The notes: a model not told the origin generated them from the sequence alone. Positions 48,679-58,141 are shown, numbered from the stretch's first letter. The stretch is 64,000 bases of DNA from an uncultured Candidatus Saccharibacteria bacterium (GCA_964592525.1 CAZQFB010000001.1:212413-276412), one strand, 5' to 3'. Translations and numbers: made by a program.

Positions 48679-49821
48679 ATGTCTTATAATAACCCCATGA
48701 AGATTGCGATTGATGCTAGGTTCTGGGGACCTCGCCAGACCGGTTTGGGTCGTTATACGGAAAATCTGGTTCGGGCGCTTGCCAAACTGAAAAGCGACCA
48801 CCAATTTACTCTTTTTGTAGAACAGGACACCTTGGCTGAAATAACAGCTTTACCAGCTAACTTTCAGTTAGCCAAACTGACAGTTAAGCACCATACCGCT
48901 AGGGAGCAATTAAGTGTTTCGATGGCGATTAATCAGGGTCACTATGATCTAGTACACTTTCCTCATTATATTGTGCCTTTGCTTAACCTCCGCACTCCCT
49001 TTGTAATTACGATGCATGATCTAATTAAATTGAAATATCCCGGTTCAGCAGCTACCACCTTACCACCTTTAATGTACCACCTTAAAAATGTTTTTTATCG
49101 TTTGGATAACTGGTGGGCAGTCAACCATAGCCAGCATATCATTACTGATACCCAAGTAGTTAAAAATGATTTAATCTCTTTTTTCTCCATACCCCCCGAA
49201 AAAATCACCCCAATCCCCCTTGGCATTGATGATAGTATTAAATTATCTACTGCCAGGGAGGTTGTTTTGGCTAAATATGCTCTGCACGCGAAAAAGTATT
49301 TGTTATTTGTGGGTAATGCCTATCCTTATAAAAATGTGGAGACCTTGATTTTGGCTGTTAAAAACTGCCCCGCTGATTTAGAACTAGTGTTAGTGGGGGC
49401 GAGAGATAGTTTTCAAGAACGTTTGTCTGTTTTAGCTAAGGAAACTGGGGTAAGTCATAAGGTTAAACAGCTTGGTTTTGTTAGTGATGGGGAGCTGGCG
49501 GTTTTGTATTCAGCTGCTTATGCCTATGTCTCTTTAAGTTTGGAAGAAGGGTTTGGTCTACAACCTTTAGAAGCTATGCTTCATGGTTGTCCCGTAATTT
49601 TATCTGATATTCCGGTATACCGGGAAGTTTGTGGCGAGGCAGCACTTTATGCACCCCCACAAAACGCACGCGCTTTTTTAGTACAAGTGCAAATCTTAGC
49701 TGATCCCGCGGTCAGAAAAAAACTAATCACTAAAGGGGCTGAACAAGTGAAGCAGTACCGCTGGAGCAAAACCGCAGCGGCGACTTTAGCTGTTTATAAC
49801 GACATTCTGCAATGCGTATAG
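48679..49821 (+). CDS. GT4 family glycosyltransferase
   Basis: EEGFGLQPLEAMLHGCPVILSDIPVYREV. The probable true start is the ATG at 48697. Confidence 0.75.
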   Translation: MSYNNPMKIAIDARFWGPRQTGLGRYTENLVRALAKLKSDHQFTLFVEQDTLAEITALPANFQLAKLTVKHHTAREQLSVSMAINQGHYDLVHFPHYIVPLLNLRTPFVITMHDLIKLKYPGSAATTLPPLMYHLKNVFYRLDNWWAVNHSQHIITDTQVVKNDLISFFSIPPEKITPIPLGIDDSIKLSTAREVVLAKYALHAKKYLLFVGNAYPYKNVETLILAVKNCPADLELVLVGARDSFQERLSVLAKETGVSHKVKQLGFVSDGELAVLYSAAYAYVSLSLEEGFGLQPLEAMLHGCPVILSDIPVYREVCGEAALYAPPQNARAFLVQVQILADPAVRKKLITKGAEQVKQYRWSKTAAATLAVYNDILQCV

Positions 49822-50897
49822 CTATTGTCCATGATGATTTTGTGCAGTGGGGTGGTGCGGAGCGTTTAGTTAAAGCTTGGGCTGAAGTATGGCCCCAAGC
49901 CGATATCTATACCGTCCAGTATGCACCTTTAGTAGGTGAGCTTAGCTGGTTGCAGCAACGTCGGTTGGTAGCTAGTTTTGTTCAACGTATTCCAGGCCAC
50001 ATTAAGTTGTATAAAACTTTGTTTTGGCTATACCCTTTGGCGGTAGAAAGCTTTGATCTTCGTGGTTATGATGTGGTGCTATCTTCGTCAGCACGTTTTG
50101 CCCATGGCGTGATAACTGCACCAGAAACCTTACATATTGCCTATATCAATTCTCCTCCCCGCATGCTTTGGGAGGAGTACTCCTACTTTGCGCATTCCTG
50201 GTTAAGACTGGGGTTAGCCCCACTGTTACACCTACTTAGATTGTGGGATTTTGTGGCTGGGCAAAGACCAGACTGGTTAATTGCTAATTCTCATTATGTG
50301 GCAGCTAAAATTGAGAAGCGCTACCATCGCCAAGTTACTAAAGTTATTCATCCTTTTACAGAAATTGCTCAATTGTATGAGTCTACAGAGCCTTGTAGAG
50401 AGGAAGTTGGCTTTTTAGTGGTCTCCCGTTTATTAGCTTGGAAACAATTAGCTCTGGTGATAAAAGTCTTTAATGATTTAGGGCTACCGTTGACTATTAT
50501 TGGGCAAGGTCCCGATTATCATCGGTTGCATAAATTAGCTGGTCCCACCATAAATTTCAAACAAGGTTTGACAGACGAAGAAGTGGCTAGCTATTATCTT
50601 AAGAGTATCGCTTTGCTCCATCCGCAGGAGGAGGATTTTGGCTTGACGCCACTGGAGGCTATGGCTCTGGGTAAGGGCGTGATAGCGTACCAAGCCGGAG
50701 GCGCTTTGGAAACAGTGGTCGCTGGTGTTACGGGGGAGTTTTTTAAGCCTCAAACAGCAGCCGCCTTAAAGAAAGTGATACTGGCTTATCAACCGCAAAA
50801 ATATCACCCGGAGACTTGTCGGGCGGTGGCAAGAAAGTTTAGCAAGGATAAATTTATATTAGCATTTCAGGAGTTGCTTAAAGGAAAAAATACGTGA
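49812..50897 (+). CDS. GT-B fold glycosyltransferase (GT4-like)
   Basis: EEDFGLTPLEAMALGKGVIAYQAGGALETV. Confidence 0.65.
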   Translation: MRIAIVHDDFVQWGGAERLVKAWAEVWPQADIYTVQYAPLVGELSWLQQRRLVASFVQRIPGHIKLYKTLFWLYPLAVESFDLRGYDVVLSSSARFAHGVITAPETLHIAYINSPPRMLWEEYSYFAHSWLRLGLAPLLHLLRLWDFVAGQRPDWLIANSHYVAAKIEKRYHRQVTKVIHPFTEIAQLYESTEPCREEVGFLVVSRLLAWKQLALVIKVFNDLGLPLTIIGQGPDYHRLHKLAGPTINFKQGLTDEEVASYYLKSIALLHPQEEDFGLTPLEAMALGKGVIAYQAGGALETVVAGVTGEFFKPQTAAALKKVILAYQPQKYHPETCRAVARKFSKDKFILAFQELLKGKNT

Positions 50898-51523
50898 GTT
50901 ATCAAACACAAAAGCGAATTGTAGATTTAGTGGGCGGTTTTTTTGGTGTGCTTCTTTTTTCTCCCCTGCTGCTATTTTTAGCAGTTTACATATTTATGGT
51001 CTCTCCTGGTCCGGTATTAGCAGATACACCCAAAAGGGTAGGTAAAAACAACCGTCTTTTTCGGATGTACAAGTTTAGAACGATGATTCTGAATGCCCAT
51101 CAATATTTACTTGAACACCCTGATTTATATGAAGAATACAAAAATAATGATTACAAATTAGATAACGATCCACGCTGGATTCCGGGAGCACAGGTTATTA
51201 GAAAGTTCAGCCTTGATGAGTTCCCGCAGTTTTTTAATGTGCTAAAAGGAGAAATGAGTTTGGTGGGACCACGGGCTTACTACCCGTTTGAACTTAAGAG
51301 TCAGCAAGAAGTCTACCCGGAAGCAAGTCCTTATATTAAAAAACTGCTGCAAAGCAAACCAGGTTTAACTGGTCCGTGGCAAGTGGGTGGTAGGTCCGAA
51401 TTAAATTTTGTAGAGAGAGTGAAGCTAGATGCTACTTATGCTGATAATCAGTCTATCTGGTATGATCTGCAAATTATCTTTAAAACGCCTTTAGCAGTAA
51501 TCAGTGGAAAAGGAGCTTTGTGA
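50894..51523 (+). CDS. initiating sugar-phosphate transferase (bacterial sugar transferase family, PglC/WbaP C-terminal-domain type)
   Basis: One N-terminal TM segment, then MYKFRTM...DEFPQFFNVLKGEMSLVGPR, the classical Bac_transf motifs. Confidence 0.8.
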   Translation: MSYQTQKRIVDLVGGFFGVLLFSPLLLFLAVYIFMVSPGPVLADTPKRVGKNNRLFRMYKFRTMILNAHQYLLEHPDLYEEYKNNDYKLDNDPRWIPGAQVIRKFSLDEFPQFFNVLKGEMSLVGPRAYYPFELKSQQEVYPEASPYIKKLLQSKPGLTGPWQVGGRSELNFVERVKLDATYADNQSIWYDLQIIFKTPLAVISGKGAL

Positions 51524-53394
51524 AGAAAAGAAAGTATTATGCTCCTTCCCACATTGGTAAACTGGCTTGGCGGCGGAATTCGCGCCAGCCTAAATTTTCC
51601 CCCGCTAAATTTTTAACCCGGAAGAGAAAAACGATCATTGCTGTATTAACCCTAGTATTAGTGATTAGTTATTTTGCCTTGTTAAGACCTGTGGTGGTAG
51701 CTTACGCGACGGCGTCTAGTTTTAAAAAGAGTGCTCATAAGATAGCTGAAGAAATGAGGGAGCAAGATTTTGAAGCAATCTTGAAGGAGCTAGGCAAGAT
51801 GGAAAAAAAGATGGTTAAGCTTAATGATGTGGTGGGTCAATACCAGTATCTCTCTTTTATTCCCGGTACTGCAGTTTATTTTAAGGACTCGGAACATTTA
51901 ACGACAGCAGGGGTTCATGGCTTAAAGGCTTTAAGGATTGGCTTTGAAGCCTTAGAGCCGTATAAAGAAATTTTGGGGTTTAAGGATGATGTTGGTAGTA
52001 ATAAAGAACAGGACGTAAATAAATTAGTGGCAGCGGTAAACGTGTTACCGAAACTTGAGCCCCGCTATGACGAAATTGCGGTGGAAGTACATGCTGTTAG
52101 GTTGGCCTTAGATCAGGTAAAGCCAGCTGACTACCCCCAGCAACTAAAGGGTATTAAGGTCCAAGAGCAGCTATATTTTGCGCAAGAAATGTTACATCGT
52201 TTTGATGATGGTGCGCCCACAATTAAAGCATTCTTATCTAAACTACCTTCGGTTATGGGTGATCCGGCGTTTGGGGATAAGAAATATTTGATTTTAATGC
52301 AAAACGACAAAGAGCTTAGGGCTTCAGGAGGTTTTTTGACTTCTTATGCCATATTAACCTTGCGTGAGGGTAGTGTGGCTGATGTTGTGGCTGCCGATAC
52401 TTATGATTTAGATCAGCGGATCGGTTTGGTAACCGAACCCCACCCGGTGTTATCAAAATATCTGCAATTAGACCACTGGTTTGCCCGAGATGCTAACTTT
52501 TCCCCTGATTATGTGGAATCAGCCAAAACATTTTATGAGTTTTGGCAGATGGTGCCAAATGAAAATATTGACGGTATCTTTGCCATTGACACTGAAGTAC
52601 CGGCTGGGTTTTTGGAAGTGTTAGGCCCTGTCACTATTGAAGGCTATGAGGAGAAGTTTGATAGTGGAAATATTATTGAATTAATGAGTGACCAGGCTCG
52701 TGAATTGAGGGAGCATCGTGATCGTAAAGCCCTTATTGGGTTGTTGTTAGCTTCTTTGGAAAGCAAGGTTTTTGATGCTCCCCAAGAGCAATGGGCGCCT
52801 TTGTTTAAAAAGGTGCTGGAATTGCTATATGAAAAACATTTGTTACTCTATGCATTTGATCCGGAAGTGCAGAGTTTTTTTGAGGCCTTTAATTTTGCTG
52901 GTCGGGTAGTTGAATACCCCAACGATTATCTCTATGTTAATGACACAAATTTAGCTGGTGGTAAAGCCAACTTTTATATTGAGCAAACTATTACTAAAGA
53001 GGTGTACCCAGAGGGTGATAGCCTGGTATCAAGGGTTGCTGTAAAGTACCACAACCAGGGTGAGTATGAAGCGGAGATTAACCCGGGGTATCAGAGTTAC
53101 GTGCGGGTCCATGTGCCTCTGGGTTCAGAGTTGCTGGCTTCTTCAGGCTCCCTGGAGGCGGTCAAAACCGATACTGATTTAGGTAAAACTGTCTTTATCG
53201 CTCTTAATTTAACTCCGCCCAAGGAAGAGTCAGAATTAATATTCCGTTATAAATTACCTTCTCACCTCACTTTGGCTAATTATTCACTCTTGCTGCAAAA
53301 ACAGCCGGGTAAACCAAATGATCCTTATCGCGTGGTGGTTGGTGATTTTGTTGAGGAATTTGAGTTACGAACTGATAAGGAAATCAAGCTCTAG
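51520..53394 (+). CDS. large secreted/anchored protein, DUF4012-like
   Basis: The 624 aa protein has an N-terminal TM anchor and is hydrophilic thereafter. The DUF4012 assignment rests only on size, topology and location after the initiating transferase; no motif was matched. Confidence 0.3.
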   Translation: MKKRKYYAPSHIGKLAWRRNSRQPKFSPAKFLTRKRKTIIAVLTLVLVISYFALLRPVVVAYATASSFKKSAHKIAEEMREQDFEAILKELGKMEKKMVKLNDVVGQYQYLSFIPGTAVYFKDSEHLTTAGVHGLKALRIGFEALEPYKEILGFKDDVGSNKEQDVNKLVAAVNVLPKLEPRYDEIAVEVHAVRLALDQVKPADYPQQLKGIKVQEQLYFAQEMLHRFDDGAPTIKAFLSKLPSVMGDPAFGDKKYLILMQNDKELRASGGFLTSYAILTLREGSVADVVAADTYDLDQRIGLVTEPHPVLSKYLQLDHWFARDANFSPDYVESAKTFYEFWQMVPNENIDGIFAIDTEVPAGFLEVLGPVTIEGYEEKFDSGNIIELMSDQARELREHRDRKALIGLLLASLESKVFDAPQEQWAPLFKKVLELLYEKHLLLYAFDPEVQSFFEAFNFAGRVVEYPNDYLYVNDTNLAGGKANFYIEQTITKEVYPEGDSLVSRVAVKYHNQGEYEAEINPGYQSYVRVHVPLGSELLASSGSLEAVKTDTDLGKTVFIALNLTPPKEESELIFRYKLPSHLTLANYSLLLQKQPGKPNDPYRVVVGDFVEEFELRTDKEIKL

Positions 53395-54158
53395 TGTCCA
53401 CTATCAGAATTGAGGGGGTGGTGGTTAAAGTACGGAAATATGGAGAGAAAGATCGCCTGCTCACCATTTTTACCAGGGAACGGGGGAAAATTACAGCTTT
53501 AGCAAAAGGTTCTCGTTCTTTATGTAGCAAACGTTCACCTCATCTTGATTTGTTGTGCCACAATGAATTTATTTTAGCTACTGGATATGCTTGGGACATA
53601 GTGTTGGATACTTTTCCCATCCCCGGTAAGCGCCGAGATACGCCAACTCTTTCCCACATCGCGCAACTGTATTATTCAGGTGAGTTACTGGATTTATTTT
53701 TAGCGGATAAGCAAGCTAATGCTTTAATTTACGATGCTTTGGTAAACTTTCTCAATTCGCTAGTGAGATACCCAAGCCATGGGAATTTGTATACACAATT
53801 TCTCCTTCGTTATCAGTTGGCGGTACTAGAAGCGAGTGGTTTTAGTCCAGAGCTCCATAAATGTTTAGTATGCCAGCAACCCCTTTCTCCCACGACAGTC
53901 TATTTTAGCCCCCAAAAAGGTGGGGTGATATGTGCATCTTGTGCCGGTCAGGTACTAGATTCAGTTGTGATGAGTTTAGAGGCGCTTAAAGTAATGCGCT
54001 TTCTCAAAAAAGCGAGTGATGATGAAATAGCTTTATTGCTATTGCGACAGAAATTGCTGGCCGAGGTTCAAACGCAACTTAATCGGCATATTGAGTGGGT
54101 GGGCGAACGAAAAATGAGGACAACTTCACTATTTAATGAACTTAATAAGTTTAGCTAA
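53394..54158 (+). CDS. recO: DNA repair protein RecO
   Basis: The N-terminal OB fold is IEGVVVKVRKYGEKDRLLTIFTRERGKITALAKGSRS. A C-terminal Cys4 zinc finger is present (CLVCQQ...CASC). Confidence 0.75.
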   Translation: MSTIRIEGVVVKVRKYGEKDRLLTIFTRERGKITALAKGSRSLCSKRSPHLDLLCHNEFILATGYAWDIVLDTFPIPGKRRDTPTLSHIAQLYYSGELLDLFLADKQANALIYDALVNFLNSLVRYPSHGNLYTQFLLRYQLAVLEASGFSPELHKCLVCQQPLSPTTVYFSPQKGGVICASCAGQVLDSVVMSLEALKVMRFLKKASDDEIALLLLRQKLLAEVQTQLNRHIEWVGERKMRTTSLFNELNKFS

Positions 54159-54312
54159 CGTTAGGGATATGAGAAGTTGCGACCAACGGGAGCAATTTGG
54201 GTGGAGAAGTCTGCAAGACTTCGTAACCTCATATCCCTTGTTATATTCCCCGAAGGGCTGAAATTTAGTGCAACGTCCCGAAGGGAAATTTCAGAGTTGC
54301 TCGGCGGCGGCG
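54158..54312. repeat. repeat element A (imperfect palindrome GGGATATGAG...CTCATATCCC, a duplicated CCCGAAGGG motif and the IR arm ttgctcggcggc)
   Basis: The inverted-repeat arms lie at 54158-54167 and 54208-54217. A CTAACGTTAG palindrome overlaps the recO stop. ttgctcggcggc at 54297-54308 is the reverse complement of 55152-55163. Confidence 0.5.
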
Positions 54313-55125
54313 TTAAACTTTAATCTCCATTCCATCAAAGACAAAATCAAAATCCATATCAGAATATTGTTTTTTCATTTTTTGGAGATGCTTCTCTCCC
54401 CAAATATTGATTTCAACTTCTTCAATGTGGGTTATAAGGGTTCTTTTTGGTCTAATCTCTCTCAATCTTTGCATCAAGGCATCGAAAGAAATTTCAGAAG
54501 GAATATCGGAAAATAAACCGCATTCATTTATCAATAAATCTAAATCTCTGAAATTTTTGTAATTATCGAAACTAATAGTATCACAAGGAGCATATAAAAC
54601 TTTTTTGCCGTTACTTTCAATCAAGAAGGCATAAGTTTCGGATTCTTTTCCCTTATAACCCACAACAGTTATAGAAACATCTCCGATTTTGATTTTGTCT
54701 CCATCTTCGATAAGGTGCAATGCCCCTGTTTTCTGGACATTGATATAGTATTCAATAACAGGAAATCTTTGCTTAAGGGTCTCGAAAACTTTTTTTGCAA
54801 CATAAATATTAACAGTTCTATCTGCTTTGCCTGTTCTGAAATTATAATACGATTCAAGAAGATGTCTTAAACCGAATGTATGATCTGGATGCCAATGAGT
54901 AATAAATAGATTATCTACTTGTTTTATATTTCTTCGGTTTAAAGAATCCGCAATATCTTCACCGCAATCAATAACTGTATTTATCTCATTGATAAAGATA
55001 GAACTGCTGTTTCGTTTGAATGGTTCTCCAAGTTTTCGAGCTTTCTTGCAAATTGTACATTGGCAGTATGGTCTTGGTGTGGGCATTGCACCGCCAGAAC
55101 CTAAAATCGTAAGTTTCATACTCAT
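54313..55125 (-). CDS. MBL-fold metallo-hydrolase (PhnP/PqqB-like phosphodiesterase type)
   Basis: ILGSGGAMPTPRPYCQCTIC...ITHWHPDHTFGL has the HxHxDH motif plus the N-terminal Cys cluster typical of PhnP-like enzymes. It lies in an AT-rich segment. Confidence 0.65.
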   Translation of the reverse strand: MSMKLTILGSGGAMPTPRPYCQCTICKKARKLGEPFKRNSSSIFINEINTVIDCGEDIADSLNRRNIKQVDNLFITHWHPDHTFGLRHLLESYYNFRTGKADRTVNIYVAKKVFETLKQRFPVIEYYINVQKTGALHLIEDGDKIKIGDVSITVVGYKGKESETYAFLIESNGKKVLYAPCDTISFDNYKNFRDLDLLINECGLFSDIPSEISFDALMQRLREIRPKRTLITHIEEVEINIWGEKHLQKMKKQYSDMDFDFVFDGMEIKV

Positions 55126-55300
55126 ACTATTTTCCTTAAAGTTTATAATTGTTTTGATTTAGCCGCCGAGCAATTGAATATAACGTCTGCGTGTATGAGA
55201 AGTTTCGCCGACTTCTCTATTATCTATAAAATGGAGGCGAAATTTGGGTGAAAGAAAAAGTGCAACCCTTGAAAATCATTAACGCACTTTTTCTTGAATC
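55126..55300. repeat. repeat element B (degenerate copy of element A: GTGTATGAGA...TCTCATACAC palindrome, atgagaagtt / aatttgggtg / agtgcaac blocks)
   Basis: The inverted-repeat arms lie at 55181-55190 and 55290-55299. It shares ordered sequence blocks with element A, and gccgccgagcaa at 55152-55163 is inverted relative to A. Confidence 0.5.
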
Positions 55301-55326
55301 TCATACACACTGTTATCGGATGTAAT

Positions 55327-55809
55327 TTAATAATTTTTTGGTATAAGCGAGATAATCTCCTCTACTGTTTCTTCTGGCGTTTGGTCAGTGTTATCAATAA
55401 TTTTGCCAAAAGCAGGCTGCGATATTCCAATATCATAATGATGCTTAATGCGATCGCGTTCCCATTGTGTCAATACTCTATCATTTGTATCGCTTTGCGC
55501 CTTTTTGATATCCGGCGATAGCGTGAAGAAATGTAATTCACTCCCCGTAAGTGCTGTTTTTAAATACTCATAGTTTTTTTGAGATAAGGGATAAGTAATC
55601 ACAACGTTATATCCATGTTTGGCAAAATTATTGATAACTAACACAGCATTTTCTAGGTTAATCGGAATCGCTTTATCTATTTCCAGCCAATGGATAAATT
55701 CGCGAAAACTATCAATCTCCACATTTGCTGTGTTTGGTATTTTACTGGTAAGTATTTTGGCTACCGTAGATTTTCCAGCGTTTATTGAGCCATTAATAAA
55801 GATGATCAT
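55327..55809 (-). CDS. P-loop kinase, chloramphenicol-phosphotransferase (CPT)-like / zeta-toxin-like small NTP-binding protein
   Basis: A Walker A motif sits at the extreme N-terminus (MIIFINGSINAGKST). The protein is 160 aa and lies in an AT-rich segment. Confidence 0.5.
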   Translation of the reverse strand: MIIFINGSINAGKSTVAKILTSKIPNTANVEIDSFREFIHWLEIDKAIPINLENAVLVINNFAKHGYNVVITYPLSQKNYEYLKTALTGSELHFFTLSPDIKKAQSDTNDRVLTQWERDRIKHHYDIGISQPAFGKIIDNTDQTPEETVEEIISLIPKNY

Positions 55810-55884
55810 TTAAAAAAAATTATTAAATTATTTCCGATAACTGGTAATTATGCAATTATTATAATATAACATATACCATATTAT

Positions 55885-56733
55885 GTGTATTATGCATACT
55901 TATGTTATTTTGTTAATATGCAAAACATATTAAATAATACCGATAGAGCTTTGCGCTTGCGAAACTATTCCCCAAGAACAAAAAGCGCATATTTGCTTTA
56001 TATTAAGGACTATATCACCTTCTCAAAGCGTGCTGAATTCAAGAACAAACAACAAGCTGTTGAAGACTTTTTGCTTGATAAGCACAAACAAGGAAAATCC
56101 CCGCAAACAATTAATCTCGCCCTCAATGCTATAAAATTCTTGTACCATGAGGTAATAAAAGATCCGCAGAAAATTGATGTGAGGTATGCAAAAAGAAGTA
56201 AGAAACTGCCCATTGTATTGTCCCGAGCAGAAATTAATAAAATTATTGAGGCTACAGAAAACCCTAAATACAGACTGATGATTTCACTTAGCTATGGCTG
56301 TGGTATGAGAGTGAGTGAAGTTGTTAATCTAAAAGTTGCTGATTTGGATATTGACGATCTTGTGGTGCATATCAAAGGAGCAAAAGGCAGAAAAGATAGA
56401 ATTAGCGTGTTGCCCGAAAAGTTGCAGAACGACTTGCGAAACAGCATTGCTGGCAAATATATGAGCGAGTTTGTCTTTGCTTCCAATCGCGGGGGTAACC
56501 TAACAACCACATCATTGCAAAAAATGTTCCGCCAAAGTCTGACCAAGGCAAAGGTGCATAAACCCGCTACTTTTCACTCACTCCGACATTCTTTCGCAAC
56601 ACATCTACTTGAAAACGGTGTTGATGTTCGCTATGTGCAGGAGCTTCTTGGTCATCAAAATATTCGGACTACGCAAATATACACGCAAGTTACAAACCCA
56701 AGCCTTAAAAATATCAGCAGCCCCCTTTGTTAA
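55885..56733 (+). CDS. tyrosine-type site-specific recombinase (XerC/XerD-IntI superfamily integrase)
   Basis: The C-terminal catalytic region is HSLRHSFATHLLENGVDVRYVQELLGHQNIRTTQIYTQV (R-H-R-Y). An upstream box I is present (GMRVSEVVNLKVADLD). It is divergent from the two AT-rich cassette-like genes. Confidence 0.8.
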   Translation: MYYAYLCYFVNMQNILNNTDRALRLRNYSPRTKSAYLLYIKDYITFSKRAEFKNKQQAVEDFLLDKHKQGKSPQTINLALNAIKFLYHEVIKDPQKIDVRYAKRSKKLPIVLSRAEINKIIEATENPKYRLMISLSYGCGMRVSEVVNLKVADLDIDDLVVHIKGAKGRKDRISVLPEKLQNDLRNSIAGKYMSEFVFASNRGGNLTTTSLQKMFRQSLTKAKVHKPATFHSLRHSFATHLLENGVDVRYVQELLGHQNIRTTQIYTQVTNPSLKNISSPLC

Positions 56734-56785
56734 AGCTTGTTCTACTGAATGATAGATTGTATTGTAATTTTGCTATACTCAGACT

Positions 56786-58141
56786 ATGGCGACTTTGGAG
56801 CAGATAGTTTCTTTATGCAAAAGACGTGGGTTTGTTTTTCAATCTTCTGAAATCTATGGCGGTTTCTCCGCTGTATATGACTATGGCCCCTATGGTGTGG
56901 AGCTGGCTAGAAACATTACCCACCATTGGTGGAAAGCCATGGTTCAGGATCATGAGAATATCGTGGGTTTAGATGCGGCTATTTTTATGCATCCCAAGGT
57001 GTGGGAAGCCTCTGGTCATATGAGTGGGTTCTCCGACCCTTTGGTGGAATGCAAGAGTACGGGTGAAAGATTGCGGGTAGATCTTCTTTTGGAGGAGGTT
57101 GGGGTAAGGGCCGATGAAAAAATGAGCCTTTCCGAAATCCAACAACTCTTTGATGAAAACTTTGAGCAACTCAACCTGCCTTCCCAAGACAGAGCAGACT
57201 ACTCACCAGTTCGCGCCTTCAATCTACTCGTAAAATCAAATCTTGGTGACTTCACTCAAGAAGGAGACGAGGTTTCTTATTTAAGAGGAGAAACCGCACA
57301 AGGAATCTATGTCAATTTTAAAAATGTGGTGGATTCCACTAGGCAAAAAGTACCTTTTGGCATCGCTCAAGTGGGTAAAGCTTTTAGAAACGAAGTAACC
57401 GCTCGTCAGTTTATCTTTCGCACCCGTGAGTTTGAGCAAATGGAGATGCAATATTTTGTGCACCCTGATTTGGAGATGAAAGAATATGAGGGTTGGAAAG
57501 AAAGAAGAATGCAGTACTACCAAGATTTAGGCATTGCCGAGAATAAACTACGTTGGGCTAAGCATGAAAACTTGGTTTTTTATGCTAAAGAGGCTTTTGA
57601 TATTGAATATGAATTTCCCTTTGGGTTTAAAGAAGTTGAGGGGTTACATGCCAGGGGTGATTATGACCTTTCCCAGCATAGTAAATATTCCGGGGTGGAT
57701 TTGACTTACTTTGACCCCCACACCGAGGAGAAATATATACCTCATGTGGTGGAAACTTCCACGGGAGTGGCTCGCAATCTGCTGATGCATTTGTGTAATG
57801 CGTACGCGGAAGAAGAAGAACGGGTTGTGCTTAAGCTTCCCTATCAATTGGCTCCCGTTAAAGTGGCTGTTTTTCCTCTGCTTAGGAACAAGCCAGAGCT
57901 GGTGACTCGTGCCAGGGAAATATTTAACAACTTAAAAGTCAGTTATATGTGCGAGTTTGATGATAACGGCAACATCGGTAAGCGTTACCGTCGTCAAGAT
58001 GAGATCGGCACTCCCTTTTGTGTCACTGTAGATTTTGATTCCCTTCAGCAAGGTGATGTGACAGTCAGAGAAAGAGACTCAATGAAGCAGGAGCGGTTGA
58101 GTGCTGACGCACTGCTTGCATATTTATCACCAAAACTTTAG
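56786..58141 (+). CDS. glyQS: glycine--tRNA ligase (dimeric class II GlyQS type)
   Basis: The N-terminus LCKRRGFVFQSSEIYGGFSAVYDYGPYG is very characteristic. The FRNE motif and a C-terminal anticodon-binding domain are present. Confidence 0.85.
   Translation: MATLEQIVSLCKRRGFVFQSSEIYGGFSAVYDYGPYGVELARNITHHWWKAMVQDHENIVGLDAAIFMHPKVWEASGHMSGFSDPLVECKSTGERLRVDLLLEEVGVRADEKMSLSEIQQLFDENFEQLNLPSQDRADYSPVRAFNLLVKSNLGDFTQEGDEVSYLRGETAQGIYVNFKNVVDSTRQKVPFGIAQVGKAFRNEVTARQFIFRTREFEQMEMQYFVHPDLEMKEYEGWKERRMQYYQDLGIAENKLRWAKHENLVFYAKEAFDIEYEFPFGFKEVEGLHARGDYDLSQHSKYSGVDLTYFDPHTEEKYIPHVVETSTGVARNLLMHLCNAYAEEEERVVLKLPYQLAPVKVAVFPLLRNKPELVTRAREIFNNLKVSYMCEFDDNGNIGKRYRRQDEIGTPFCVTVDFDSLQQGDVTVRERDSMKQERLSADALLAYLSPKL

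Noticed and set aside
54148-54160. GCTAAC/GTTAGGG as a bona fide integron core / inverse-core pair
   Set aside because: It fits GTTRRRY/RYYYAAC only imperfectly and forms a simple CTAACGTTAG palindrome overlapping the recO stop. I kept it as a hypothesis, not a feature call.
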